Assembly: GCA_002633005.1 (NCBI GenBank)
Contig: NMRA01000266.1
Coordinates: 515,925-579,924, forward strand
DNA from: Phoronis australis
Taxonomy: Eukaryota; Animalia; Phoronida
Direction: 5' to 3'
Length of the DNA: 64,000 nt
In this document: positions 12,401-23,100 of the stretch, in pieces
Position numbering within the stretch: position 1 is the stretch's first letter
Layout: each line of letters begins with the position of its first letter
Notes under the pieces: model-generated
Seen by the model: the letters and a program-made list of their open reading frames with translations, nothing else
What the model was told of the DNA's origin: nothing
Databases searched by the model: none
Position numbers and translations under genes: made by a program

Positions 12401-15400
12401 ACTCTAGTCGAGCGACCTTCGACCTCGGTCAGAGAGGTGCCGTGGTCTGCATACTCCTGTCTAGTGTGTGAACCTGTGACGGATAAGTGTATGGCGAACA
12501 CTTCAGATATTTGTAGTTACGTGCGACTGGTGATGGCAAGTGTGCCTAGACGTCCTTATGAGATGAGAACTCGAGAGTCTTCTGTGGTAACTGATGCTGT
12601 AGGAAATGGTGTACAATTAGAAACTGTTTCTTCAGATTCTGAAAGTTCGCATTCGCAGACAGTGACAGAATTGACATCTGAATCCACTGTCAGTCAGGAC
12701 TCTGTGTTGTCATGGAAACAGCTAAGTCACACCCACTCCGCCTCCACTGAGACTGGTGAAGTGGCTGATACACAAGAGACCGCGTCTTCGGTGGCAGCAG
12801 CCCCCTCTGTTGTTGAGCCAGATAGTGCGAGTTCATTTTCATCTGTATCCGAAGGTCTGAGTGTAGCTACTGACCGCGACGTGGTCCAGTCTCCACATTG
12901 TGACTCAGCATCTTCAGAATCTTCAGCATCCAGCTCAGTTACCACAAAGGCAGAAGACAGTGAAGACGTGTTGTCTTCTCAAACTGAACCCGTGGTTGTA
13001 CAGTCTTCCTCTGGTGAAACTAAGGAAAGTGAGGTTGTCTCCACTCCTCAGCTACAGTTGGAAACCAAAGTTGCTACTGACGAGATTGGGATAGCGTCGG
13101 ACATATCATCAACCACAAATGAGGAGGTCTCCGCCACCACATCTACCAAAGAGGTTACGACCCCGGTCGTTGACGAGTCTCAGGTCATCCACGCGCACGA
13201 TACTAAGGAAGCGGTGGATCTCCAGCCAGTAGCGCCCTCTGGCACCCTCATCAAGAAACTCATGCCCAAACGCGATGTGGTGATAATGAAGCTGAGTAAC
13301 AACATACGTGCCTTGGAGGCCAACCTGTCTCTGACTAATTTGTAAGTAGAGTCCGCTCTATAATTGTTGTAATTGACGGGGCTTGGAATTTTCCTCATTT
13401 AAGAGGATTTCCTCTTTTTTGGTTTTAATTTCCTCGTATTTGATTTCCAATTTCTTCTTTTCATCTCTTTTTATCACTATTTTGACTTAATTCGTGCAAA
13501 AACACTCATTTCAGTTAAATTTTACTACACACAAAAATTTCTAGCACACAAGCCTATTAATTTGTAGAATGATACATCACCTAGAAAAATTTCCGCTTTT
13601 TTTCAAATTTTTCATTCTAAGCCCTGAACTGAGCTTATGTAGGACATTTTTGAGATGTCTGTGTAAATAGTCAAATATCTACATTGATGGCTTGCAGAAT
13701 ACAACACAAAAACAAATAAACTTTACATGCAACCCATCGCCAACCTATTGGGCATATTAATTCACCTGAATGCCCATTAAATTATCGAATATAGGCAATT
13801 CCTGCAGCAATCTAGCGCCCTAATAAAAAGAACTTGCAAGAGATTCTGGATAATTTAGAAACAAGTCTAGAGGGAGCACTCACTTGGAAACTGTGTACTT
13901 AAGCTGTTATATCAGGCACAACAAAAAGTCAAGTAAATTTTGATCACGTGCTTTACATGGAAAACCCCATATTTACCGAAAATAGGAACGCTAAAGAATC
14001 TGATCGTTGATTGGTTACCAATCTGTCATCAGTTTGGTCACGTGACCATATCTTTATCTTTATTGAAGCAAAAAAGAAACCAAAGTACATTCAGATAGCT
14101 AAACATCAGTATTGATAACGTGATGCAAATGCTGGAGATGAGATCTCAAAAACGCTGGCACGGTTTTGTATTGTGTGTTTATTGGATATCTGGTGCTATT
14201 GTTCTTCAATGCATATTTGTTAGTGTTGACTTGTGATCCTACCAATGATTGTGATCTTGCAGAACACGTCACTGAAGTGTCTAATGTCTGTTATGTCGCA
14301 GGTACTTGCAGGAACTTAGTCAGAAGTATAGAAAACAGAGAGAAGAGATGCAGAGAGCCCTCAATTGGACGATGGAGAAACTAATGAATACGACTAGGGA
14401 GGCGGAGCAAAAGGTAAGTCGAGTGTGAGGTACGTGTAGGTAGCTAAATGTTTTGTAAAATTTTATTTACTACTAGAGATGTCCCTTAGAACTCTGGCCT
14501 ACCAAAGCATTTGATTAAGAACTGCACTAGATTTGTGTTTGAGTTTGAAATTACTTTGTTTGCATATTTTCAAACTTACACCACATTCTCCTGCGCTCTC
14601 AACTACAGAAGAAGTCTACAAGACCAGTGTTATTCTTGCTTGTTTAAATACAGCACAAGACGAAAGTAATCGAATAAAATACAGCACAAGACAAAAGTGA
14701 TCGAATAAAATACAGTTTCCCCTCCACGGCGACTAAATTTCAACGTCAGGACGATAACTGTCAGTGCGGCAAACTTTTAATTACAGTGTGGCTTAGCCAC
14801 GCACAAGCTTTACTGATTCCGTTCATTCTCAGCCATGGTGGAGAGCAGTTTTGACAACTGATTTGGCTTCCACCCAACTGTTGTGGTGGGAATTCCGCGT
14901 CATTTTGTCTGAATTTTTTTTCGTTTACTGTAGTTATGTTGAGTGCTGCATCAGCTGGTCAAGAATGGCCAAGTTCAAAGGAAAATAAATAAAGAATAAA
15001 AGGGCTTATTAAACTATGTATTCCATTCTTTCCATTGTATAACTGTAGAAAGCATGAGGACTGTGTCAACCTTCTTATGCCATGACAGTGACCATCATAA
15101 TACTGAATTAAATTAAAGGGATCGACACTCGTTATTGTGTCAAAAAGGATGTTTAAATACACACCATAATTCAATTAATAGTTCTAAATAATAGAGCACT
15201 CTTGGGTATTGAGCATTACCTTGCCATAGTTGGGAACGACTAATCACCCTGCTTGACCGCATTAAACACTTACTCCCTCTACAGGAGGTTGAGCGTAACA
15301 AAGACATGCAGCAGCTGCAGGCAACCATCTCAGAGATGTCAGCGTCGCTGCGTGCGGTAACGGAGCGCATGAACCACTTCCAGCAGGATGTAATCTCGCG

Positions 15401-17830
15401 TCACGTGATCCTAGTCTTCATCGAGATGTTGTTCATGGCCTTCATGCTTGTGCTGTTCTGTCGAGGGCCGCGCCGGAGAGCCACCGTGAGTGATTACAAC
15501 AACTTATTATCTGTCAATACATAATTGTTAATTTCAGTCTTTTGTTTCTCTCTGAATTGCGTTGCTGCCATTAAAGTCAACGAGGTGTGGTTTGCTATTT
15601 ATTCAAGCGTAACTAAAACTTTACATTCAAAACATATTAATTTAACCTATGTGTACTGTCCATGATTGTCTCTTTATCCATTTTAGTCTAATTTTTTAGT
15701 CTATCATGGCAGCGACTTGTTTATTCCGTTTTGTTAAGGGTTTTCCCCTGTTGGAAAGATTATGAACTAAAGTCTATAGTTTTATTTTTGATAATTCTGA
15801 AGTTGGACCATAGCTGCAAAATCATCTTCAAATTTTAATGTTTACATTCATAGATAAGATACAAGAATATTTTACTGTTGGTGTTTGCATTGTTGCCTTG
15901 ACTACTGGCCATTTCAGAGTGAATCCTCCGTTGAAAGAGTTAGGCACCCTTCAGCACAAAGGTCGCTTGTGCGTAAACATTCCGCCGACGGAACGATCGG
16001 TCATGAACCACCGGATAGACCTGTGCACAAAAGAGCAGTCAGCTTTGGGGATCTGACTCAAAGGAATGATGGTAAAGTTTGAATTTTGCATTCTAGCGAC
16101 ATATTCGGTCTCCATCGAAAAAATAATGGCAGGCGGTCTGGTACACGTTGTACCAGACATGCGCAGGCCGCTTAGTTGGGCCTATTGTACTGATCACTTG
16201 GAAGCATATTTATGCTTTATGAAATCAATGTATAGTCAAAATTGAGCTGAGGAGCTCGAAACCTGACTCAAGGGGCAAGCAGCATGGCCGAATGCGACTC
16301 GAACCCTCGACCTTTGGTAAAGAAGGCACACACCTATCTCACAGGACCACACTGCCTTTTTGGCTCTGGCATTTAATCACAAAGTTTTATTTAACAACAA
16401 TTAGTTGTATTTAAAATTTATGAACACCACTTTTGTTGTTTGTACTTTCACAGTTTAGTATTCAAGCTAACGTAAAACAGATTTCAGACAGTTTAGCACA
16501 CCAACGTGGCACCTGCAAGTTCTACCCTGGAGATTGTGAAGTTGTGGAATACTGTTATAAATTTGAACTGATAGTATTGATATTGTGTAGCACTGAAACA
16601 CTGTTCCAAGGTAACAATTTCACTAGTTGTGCAGACGTGGTGTGCAGACGCAATGTGACGCTTAATAATATGAGGGTGTCCCTTATGATTATTATAGGAT
16701 CTTTAGCTTTCAGGCCTCGGGATTTCATTTAGTCTCTCACAGTCAAAATCCTTTTACATTCAGCCAGACGTCCGAAGAACAGTTAGTTTATTGCACCTCA
16801 GCTCTTATGTCAAGTGAAGGTTACTCGAAATTGAAATTCTGCATTAAGGCTTTAATACTACTGTCTACATTTCTGAGTGTCTTTTCAGTGTTCGCAACTT
16901 CCTGGACCCATGGAACTCCAGAGGTGGATTTAGAATTCTCGTGTATGTTCGACGACAATTGATTTCTTTCGTTTACCAATCTCCTTTTCATTTGCAGATG
17001 CGGATGGGGACATTGCAGTTATTGAACCACAGGACATCTTTGCTTCAGACACAATGCCAGTAAGTACCACCCACTACTTCTAGATCTAGCACATCTCCAT
17101 GTTAGCTGCTTTCTGGACCTGAGTACAATCCGATTCCAAAGAAGGCCCAGAACAAGAGTTTTGTTGGTGTATTCCTTCTTGAGTAGCGAAATTTGCATCT
17201 GCTGTGATCTGTACATCTTGAGTATATTACAGCTTTGTGTAAAGACTTCGTAACGTAGACGAAAATATTAAATTTTTTACTATTGAATCGTACAATTCTT
17301 TCGTCAATTACAATTTACATCAACGTACTATTGAATAATTATTATTGCTTCAGCACGCCAGCGCCCCCAAGAGGAAGAAAAAACGCAAGTCACAACAAGG
17401 CAAGCTATTCCATTCCAAGTCAGGCTCTGATGTGTGTCCTGTCACCAAACAGCATTCCTCCGCAGACCTTACTATGTCACCCGCAGGTCTTCTGTTCGGG
17501 GTTTCCCAGAAGCCAGTAGTTAAGGGCAGTCTTGTGCCCTCTCGGTCCAATAGTAACCCTGTAGTAAAAGTGCATGATTCAAAGCAAGGTAGTCACGCTT
17601 ATGGTAATTTTAATGAGAAAAAGAGGATTGGGAAGACGGGTTCTGAAAGTACCGTTAAACCTGTGAAGCGTGTGTCCAATGGCATAGTTATTAGGAAAGA
17701 TGAACATGGGACCGGCAATGGAGAGTTGAGATATGTGGCGCCCTCTTGTGCCGTGGAGAGTATTGGGCAGGTAGATAATTCAGCTTGGTCTCGCTTCTTT
17801 GGTGGTAATAACAAACTACTTAAAAACTGA
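3474..17830 (+). CDS. SUCO: SUN domain-containing ossification factor (SUCO/Opt/Slp1-like ER membrane protein), 5'-partial, multi-exon
   Basis: Phase-consistent GT-AG exons: 3474-3605, 4134-4243, 4886-5068, 5780(or 5798)-5987, 6548-6658, 7327-7420, 8700-8874, 9777-9896, 10524-10691, 11670-13341, 14302-14413, 15285-15485, 15918-16071, 16998-17059, 17354-17830 (TGA). Motifs: FEEWKKK; SUN domain [18 protein letters not shown]...[43 protein letters not shown]; [15 protein letters not shown]; coiled coil [30 protein letters not shown]; TM segment [19 protein letters not shown]; basic tail KRKKKRK. No start or signal-peptide exon found in the window. Confidence 0.93.
3633..3724 (-). mobile_element. 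Short 3' stub of a LINE/SINE (stem-loop plus (TAAA)n tail)
   Basis: Minus strand GAGGGCCCTCTTGGAAAGCAGTGCTATCACTGAAGAGGCCACCCTC forms a hairpin, followed by an AATAATAAATAAATAAATAAA tail. Confidence 0.55.
4419..4536. repeat. Minisatellite, 16-bp unit (GAGGTCAGTCTTAGCC), about 7 copies
   Basis: Direct tandem repeat seen in sequence. Confidence 0.9.
7050..7120 (+). mobile_element. Degenerate tRNA-derived SINE head
   Basis: A-box-like TGGTAGTGCG and B-box-like GGTTGGAATTC at tRNA-like spacing; no full cloverleaf. Confidence 0.35.
7406..7557. repeat. 38-bp tandem repeat x4 spanning a SUCO splice donor
   Basis: Variants of ACTGCCAAATCACAG|GTAACCTG start at 7406, 7444, 7482 and 7520. Confidence 0.85.
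7661..7820. repeat. Minisatellite, 44-bp unit, about 3.6 copies
   Basis: GAAAAGCGTTGAGCAAACTCAGAACAAGTCTTGCTTTTTTGCAA repeated. Confidence 0.9.
7997..8415. repeat. Minisatellite, ~48-50-bp unit, about 8 copies (N at 8200)
   Basis: GGGCACACTGCTAGACCCTTGAGTCAGGTCTCTAGATACTTGACCTAGTG variants. Confidence 0.9.
9140..9700. repeat. Degenerate (CAT/CAC/CGT)n low-complexity intron sequence
   Basis: Long imperfect trinucleotide runs that produce poly-I/H/D spurious ORFs. Confidence 0.8.
11712..12910. other. 599-bp tandem duplication joined by a single N (12311); probable haplotype assembly artefact inside the large SUCO exon
   Basis: 11712-12310 vs 12312-12910: about 12 substitutions by manual comparison, no indels. 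Confidence 0.8.
13377..13626 (+). mobile_element. Non-autonomous DNA element (CRGGGCTT...AAGCCCTG), 6-bp TSD family
   Basis: Short TIR; flanks AATTGA/AACTGA; internal GAGGATTTCCTCTTTTTTGGTTT shared with the inverted copy at 24709-24939. Confidence 0.7.
16257..16358 (-). mobile_element. tRNA-derived SINE fragment
   Basis: Minus strand GCAGTGTGGTCCTGTGAGATAGG...GAGGGTTCGAGTCGC (B-box), then GCTGCTTGCCCCTTGAGTCAGG resembling a conserved SINE core. Confidence 0.55.
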
Positions 17831-19386
17831 CGATTATTTAATGAAGTTGAAAAACTGAAGAGAATGCTTTTTAAGTTTTAGATGTGTTCAAATCCGAGGA
17901 TATTTTGTATTGTGGGAGAATCAAGCTGTTAGCTTCTACGGTTAATTCCATGACCCGCGAGACTGGAAATGTTTTGAATGGTTGTATTATCTTTTGTCGT
18001 CAAGTACCATTATTTTGTTCTCATTGTTTATTAGTTTGTCAGTCTGAAAAGGGTTCAAAATGTATTATTTATTCTGTCCTGTTGTGTTGAAGGTCATACC
18101 TGGTTTGACCAGAATTTTTCGCCATTCTGGACATTTAATGTGCAATGAATGTAATGGAGATGATGTCATGTTTGTGATTGTTATATTCATGAATAATATT
18201 CTGGGGGTAAAACTGTGATTACCATTTTGAACAAAAGATGTCACTTCACGACCCCCATGAAACGGTTGGTTCTAAAACTGTTGTCACCAGTATTACCCTA
18301 GTTGTTAATTTGCCTTTGATTGTGTGGAACGAGTCTATGGTGTCTGACTGTTGTTGTGAAACTCGAGTGCAAGCTTTAAAGTTTAGGGCTTCGCTGGAGA
18401 GAGCATGTGAACTTGTGTAAAAATCAACTTTGCTCATCTTTTCTTGAAAATCTCATTTTAATTTAGAAGAAAGTTAAGATTATTTAAGCAACTTTCAAAG
18501 GCACGTCTTTTTATGCAGGTCTCGAACACCACTGCATACGGTCAGCTGTTCCCTAGTTCAAAATCATTCCTCGAAGAAAAAAATGGTGAATATTAAATTT
18601 TGTAGGACGTTGTCGAAATCAGAAGTTAGTTTCTCTGACGATCGATGGCAGGGTTATAATCACTTGAGGTCTTCCAACACAATGATGTATCAGTTATTTG
18701 TACATTGACGTATTTCTGCAAACAAAACTTTTCATCTGCTTGTAATAACCTATTTCACAGGTTGATGTAGTTATAAGCTCTGTGGTTAACATGGTGTTCA
18801 CACGACATAATTATGGAACAAAATGACCCAGGATTCAATGTTATGACAGACGACTGGGGTCAAGTTACCGCCAGCTAGAATTAGGGCTTGGAACTTTATC
18901 TTTAAGAGGATTTGCTTTTTGATTTTTTTTCCAGTTTTGTCTTTTTCGGTCTTTTCTCGTTTTGGACTATTCATGCAAAAACGTTTATTTCAGTAAAATT
19001 TTACTTCACAAAAATATTTCTATCACTCAAGTCAATTACTTGTGGAAGAATAAGTCACCATGAAAATTTTCCTCTTTTGTCATTAGTCATTTCAAGCTCT
19101 GAGACAACTAATGAAGAATCATTACCATTAGTGATGGCGAAACAGTATTTTGTCCGATTGCTTTTGCTGTGTGCTGTACTTCTGTTGCATTTCATTGATT
19201 CAAAAAGATTGTCAAGTACCAGGAAATATTTGTATGACGCAAGCGCCGATTCGTCATTGACAGCCATCGTTCATTGTCTTATTGAGTAATCTCATGACAG
19301 AGCCGGATTGCATTAACTACTTAAAGCTGTTACCTAGTAATCGAGTCTAACTAGCAAACAAGTTTCTAAGTTTTATGCAACCCCAG

Positions 19387-19722
19387 CTGGGCCTGGTATC
19401 CAACCTTTTTACTCGAAGTGAAACTCAAAATTATGTAAGGCATTTTCTACTCTTACTTTTGTGTGAGCTCAAGGTAAGTGTCTATTATTCTATGCTCGAG
19501 TACATAATGACTTATGTGAATAATTTATTAGTCCTAGTTTACAGTTGGATAAACCCAACATTAAGACTAAAAGTTCGAGTTTGAACTCGAAATTTTGCGT
19601 TTTTACTCGAGGTTGTAGCACGAATATAAGGGTCTTCAAGTGCATACTTGGGATTAGAAACTCACATGCGTAGAGTATGTATTCGAGTTGGTTTCGAGTA
19701 CAAAGATTAGAGACTGGGCCCT
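19387..19722. mobile_element. MITE-like element downstream of the SUCO stop
   Basis: Imperfect 31-bp TIR: CTGGGCCTGGTATCCAACCTTTTTACTCGAA vs reverse complement CAGGGCCCAGTCTCTAATCTTTGTACTCGAA (24/31). Confidence 0.6.
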
Positions 19723-19842
19723 GGTGTGCCATTTGAAAATGATAGCTGATTTGTACAACTGAGGCTAGGTCAAAGGTTACTATTGTCACAGTACATACTG
19801 TCTGGAGTTATACTGCGAACCTAACTGTTATGTTAAATTGTT

Positions 19843-19848
19843 AATAAA
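19843..19848 (+). promoter_or_regulatory. Candidate SUCO polyadenylation signal AATAAA
   Basis: AATAAA followed by T/GT-rich sequence, just before the convergent eIF3g 3' end. Confidence 0.4.
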
Positions 19849-20112
19849 TATTTAAATTATTTCTTTATGTTTTCATATGGCAGAGATTTTAGCCACAACT
19901 CGCGAAAAACTCAACGTTTTCACCACAAATTAACGAGCAGTTGGCGAGAAAAACAATTTCAGCCCAAGAAATTGTACAATATTTTTTAATTTTCGACAGC
20001 ATTAAATAGTACACCAGTATTCACACTTTCATGTTTCATAAAATAAACTCTAATGGCTGTGTCTCCTTCAGAGGGCGCTGTCCATCCAATAAGCACACGG
20101 TACTGTTTACAT

Positions 20113-23100
20113 TCAGTTGGCATTTCCAGATGGTCTGTAAGTAAAACAAGCATAAGACTTCAACGGATCACCAACAGAACTTCGGAAGCCCATGCGTAAG
20201 ACGACTTTGGTGAGCTTGCGCAAGCTCGTGTTACTGAGTTGGACTACCCGAACAACACAGCTCACGCACTCAGGAACTCTGCTCGGAGACCAATAAACTC
20301 AGATCACCGACTCACAAACATAGCTTGTACAGTTTACAGGAGCAGGGGCCATACTTTTTGGGTGCATATGTCATGTTGTGTGAGGTCACGCTAGTGACTC
20401 AGTGAACTGTTCATAGGTCTGTGAACAGTGTTCATGAGCAAGAAGCTATGTTAAGTAATGCTTGAACCATGATGTTGTACGGGTACCCTGTGAAAAGCCA
20501 GTGTATCACAAGTAACTTGATCTTACTGGTGTAAACTTGGAAAATGACAGACACTTGAGAAATCGGCCAGCGAGGCTTAAATGTCGAGTTGTTAGAGAAA
20601 AGCAATATTTTCTTGTTCGGAATTCATTATTGATAAAGATGACTGGAGCAAGCTTTTCAACATTGTTGAAAAGAGTCTTGTTTTACCACAGTCTTCGGCA
20701 GTCTTCTTTAAGTCCACCACGTAACGGTTAGTGGCGAAACCAAGAGATTCAAACACGGACAGAAACGTCAAAAATAACACGACATACCATTGAGCTTGAC
20801 TTAGCTTGGTTTAAGAATCTCACGGATTACTAGAATTACGGTACATGACCCGCTTTCAAATAGCAATCTCCGGAAAACATTATTTTGAAAAGGACAATAG
20901 TCGGATATAACGTGCCCGCATTATGAGTGCCCGCATTATGAGAACCAGTGTTACGCCCGTTATTCAGTGGCGAAAACTGGTTCTCATAATGCAGGCACGT
21001 TACGCGCGACCGTTACCTTGGAAACGTGAACGTCACTACACATCTATAACTTGTACAAACACAATCCTTCACATGTTGACACCCTATCTCACATTCGACT
21101 TTTTCCAGTTTTCAAACTTTGGTCGGAGATCAATGTCGCAATACAGCCTCTAACCACTGCAGACAGCACACACCACAGGTATTCAGACAAAACGACCGAA
21201 GATCCTCGTCATGATGGCTCGCGAAAACTGAATTCTTCGCCAGATTTATCATACCCTCATGACAAAGAATTAACTAGAAAGTTAGAAAGGTGGCGCCACA
21301 ATAGCTATTACTAGTCATTTTTGCTGTTAACAGATTTAGCCGTAACAAAGAGGAAACATTATTTTGTCTGATTACTTGTGTCTTTACTGTAAATACGTTC
21401 TGCAGTAGTTCAAGATGAAGAACCCCAGAGGAGACTTACTTGGCCCATTCCACGTTCAGAATAAGATGGTCGTAACCGAACCCGGCCAATCCATTTATAG
21501 CCCTGGCTGCGTCTTCTTTTTTCTGGTAGTTTATAAAAGCAAATCCCTGTAAACAAGTAAACAAAAATTAATAACATGATGACAGCAAAGTTGATTTGCT
21601 CTAACGTTTGGTTTTAAGTTAAAGATGAATTGTCTCATTAAATTGTGAATATGCAAATAAAGTACTAATTTACAAACAAGCTCAGGTCCTCCAGTGTACC
21701 GCAAACCATCCGAGAATCAGTTACCATTACAATCTCGCGAAAGTCTCATTTATCAGACTATTTTTATGTAAATGAGTACAGTAATATTTCATCGTTATCC
21801 TAACAAAACATGGCATATTTTTGATTATTTGCTTATTTTATTATTTGTTTATTTTATTGTTTATTTATTTTTAATGACTGTGTAATATTTGGAATTACTA
21901 GGCTTTTTAAATATTCACACTTGTTTTTAAGTGTATCAGTTATAGTGTGGCCATCGCTACAAAAACAAAACGTCCAGTTTTCCTTAAACTCAGTTTCCCT
22001 TTCATTATTAAGAAGAATAACGTGAAGATTGAATCAGTTCTAATCGGTTTGCCACCAGATGGCGCTAAAAGAGCCTCAAATCCCTAGAGGTTGAACGCAC
22101 TCTGCAGTAAAAGTAGTCCCCAGGTATGTATGCTTACCTTAGACTCTCCCGTAACTTTATCCTTGGCCAGGAATATCCTCTGAAGAGCTCCAAACGGCCT
22201 AAAGAGTTCATTTAAGTCAGATTCCCTCGTGTCCAGCGACAAGTTCGTAACGCGTATAGTGGCAGTCTCATCTGAAATAGTACCAAGCACATTTTACCAA
22301 CGCCAGCAACAGTTAATATTTGTCCGTCATCCTCACCAATGATAAAAAAGTCTTAAAACTACACCTTTCTGAATACCACTTTCAACCCATAAAACAAAAT
22401 GCCATGTAAATGCCTGATAACGACAGATGTTTGGCGTGCCAGATATAATGGGAGTCGTTTGGAATTCTTCAAAAAAGTTTCAGGCACAACAAATCATCAA
22501 AACTTCCAGGTTCTGTGAATAGCTTGAAAGTCATGACTCTTCAGTGCTGTTATTCTGTCGCAACAAACAAATGACGTAAACAGGAAGGGATAAACACTCA
22601 AATGACAACGACTTCACATAAAACTTTCATTATTCAAGCCAATAATTTTTGCAAAGATTTCCCTCGATTATGTATTGAAGAACCAAAGCTAAACACTGCC
22701 ACTCACCACATGTGAATCAGTGTTAAGTTCTATTGCACAAGTTGAACTACATATCTCACTGAGAATATCCCTTTAAGTTAGCCAACTCAATGTTACCTAG
22801 CAACCAACTGAATGTTACCTAGCAACAGCCTACCTCTTGTTTTTGAGTACATGGTTTCACCTCTGCTTTTGGCTCCTTCCCTCATGCTGGGAGGCACGTA
22901 CTTGTTGCCTCCAGCCATACTGGGCTTCTGGGGGGCAACTACTGCGGAGTCTGGACCCGGGGCCTTGTCCTCTGTTGTAGCTACGTCTTGCTGCAATTAA
23001 CAGTCACCATAGCAACGGCGTGGTAAACAATCCTAGGACATTTTCTTCCAATTCTAAAAGCTATTAGAATAGTGCAGTTCTGTGAACAGCAAAAATGGCT

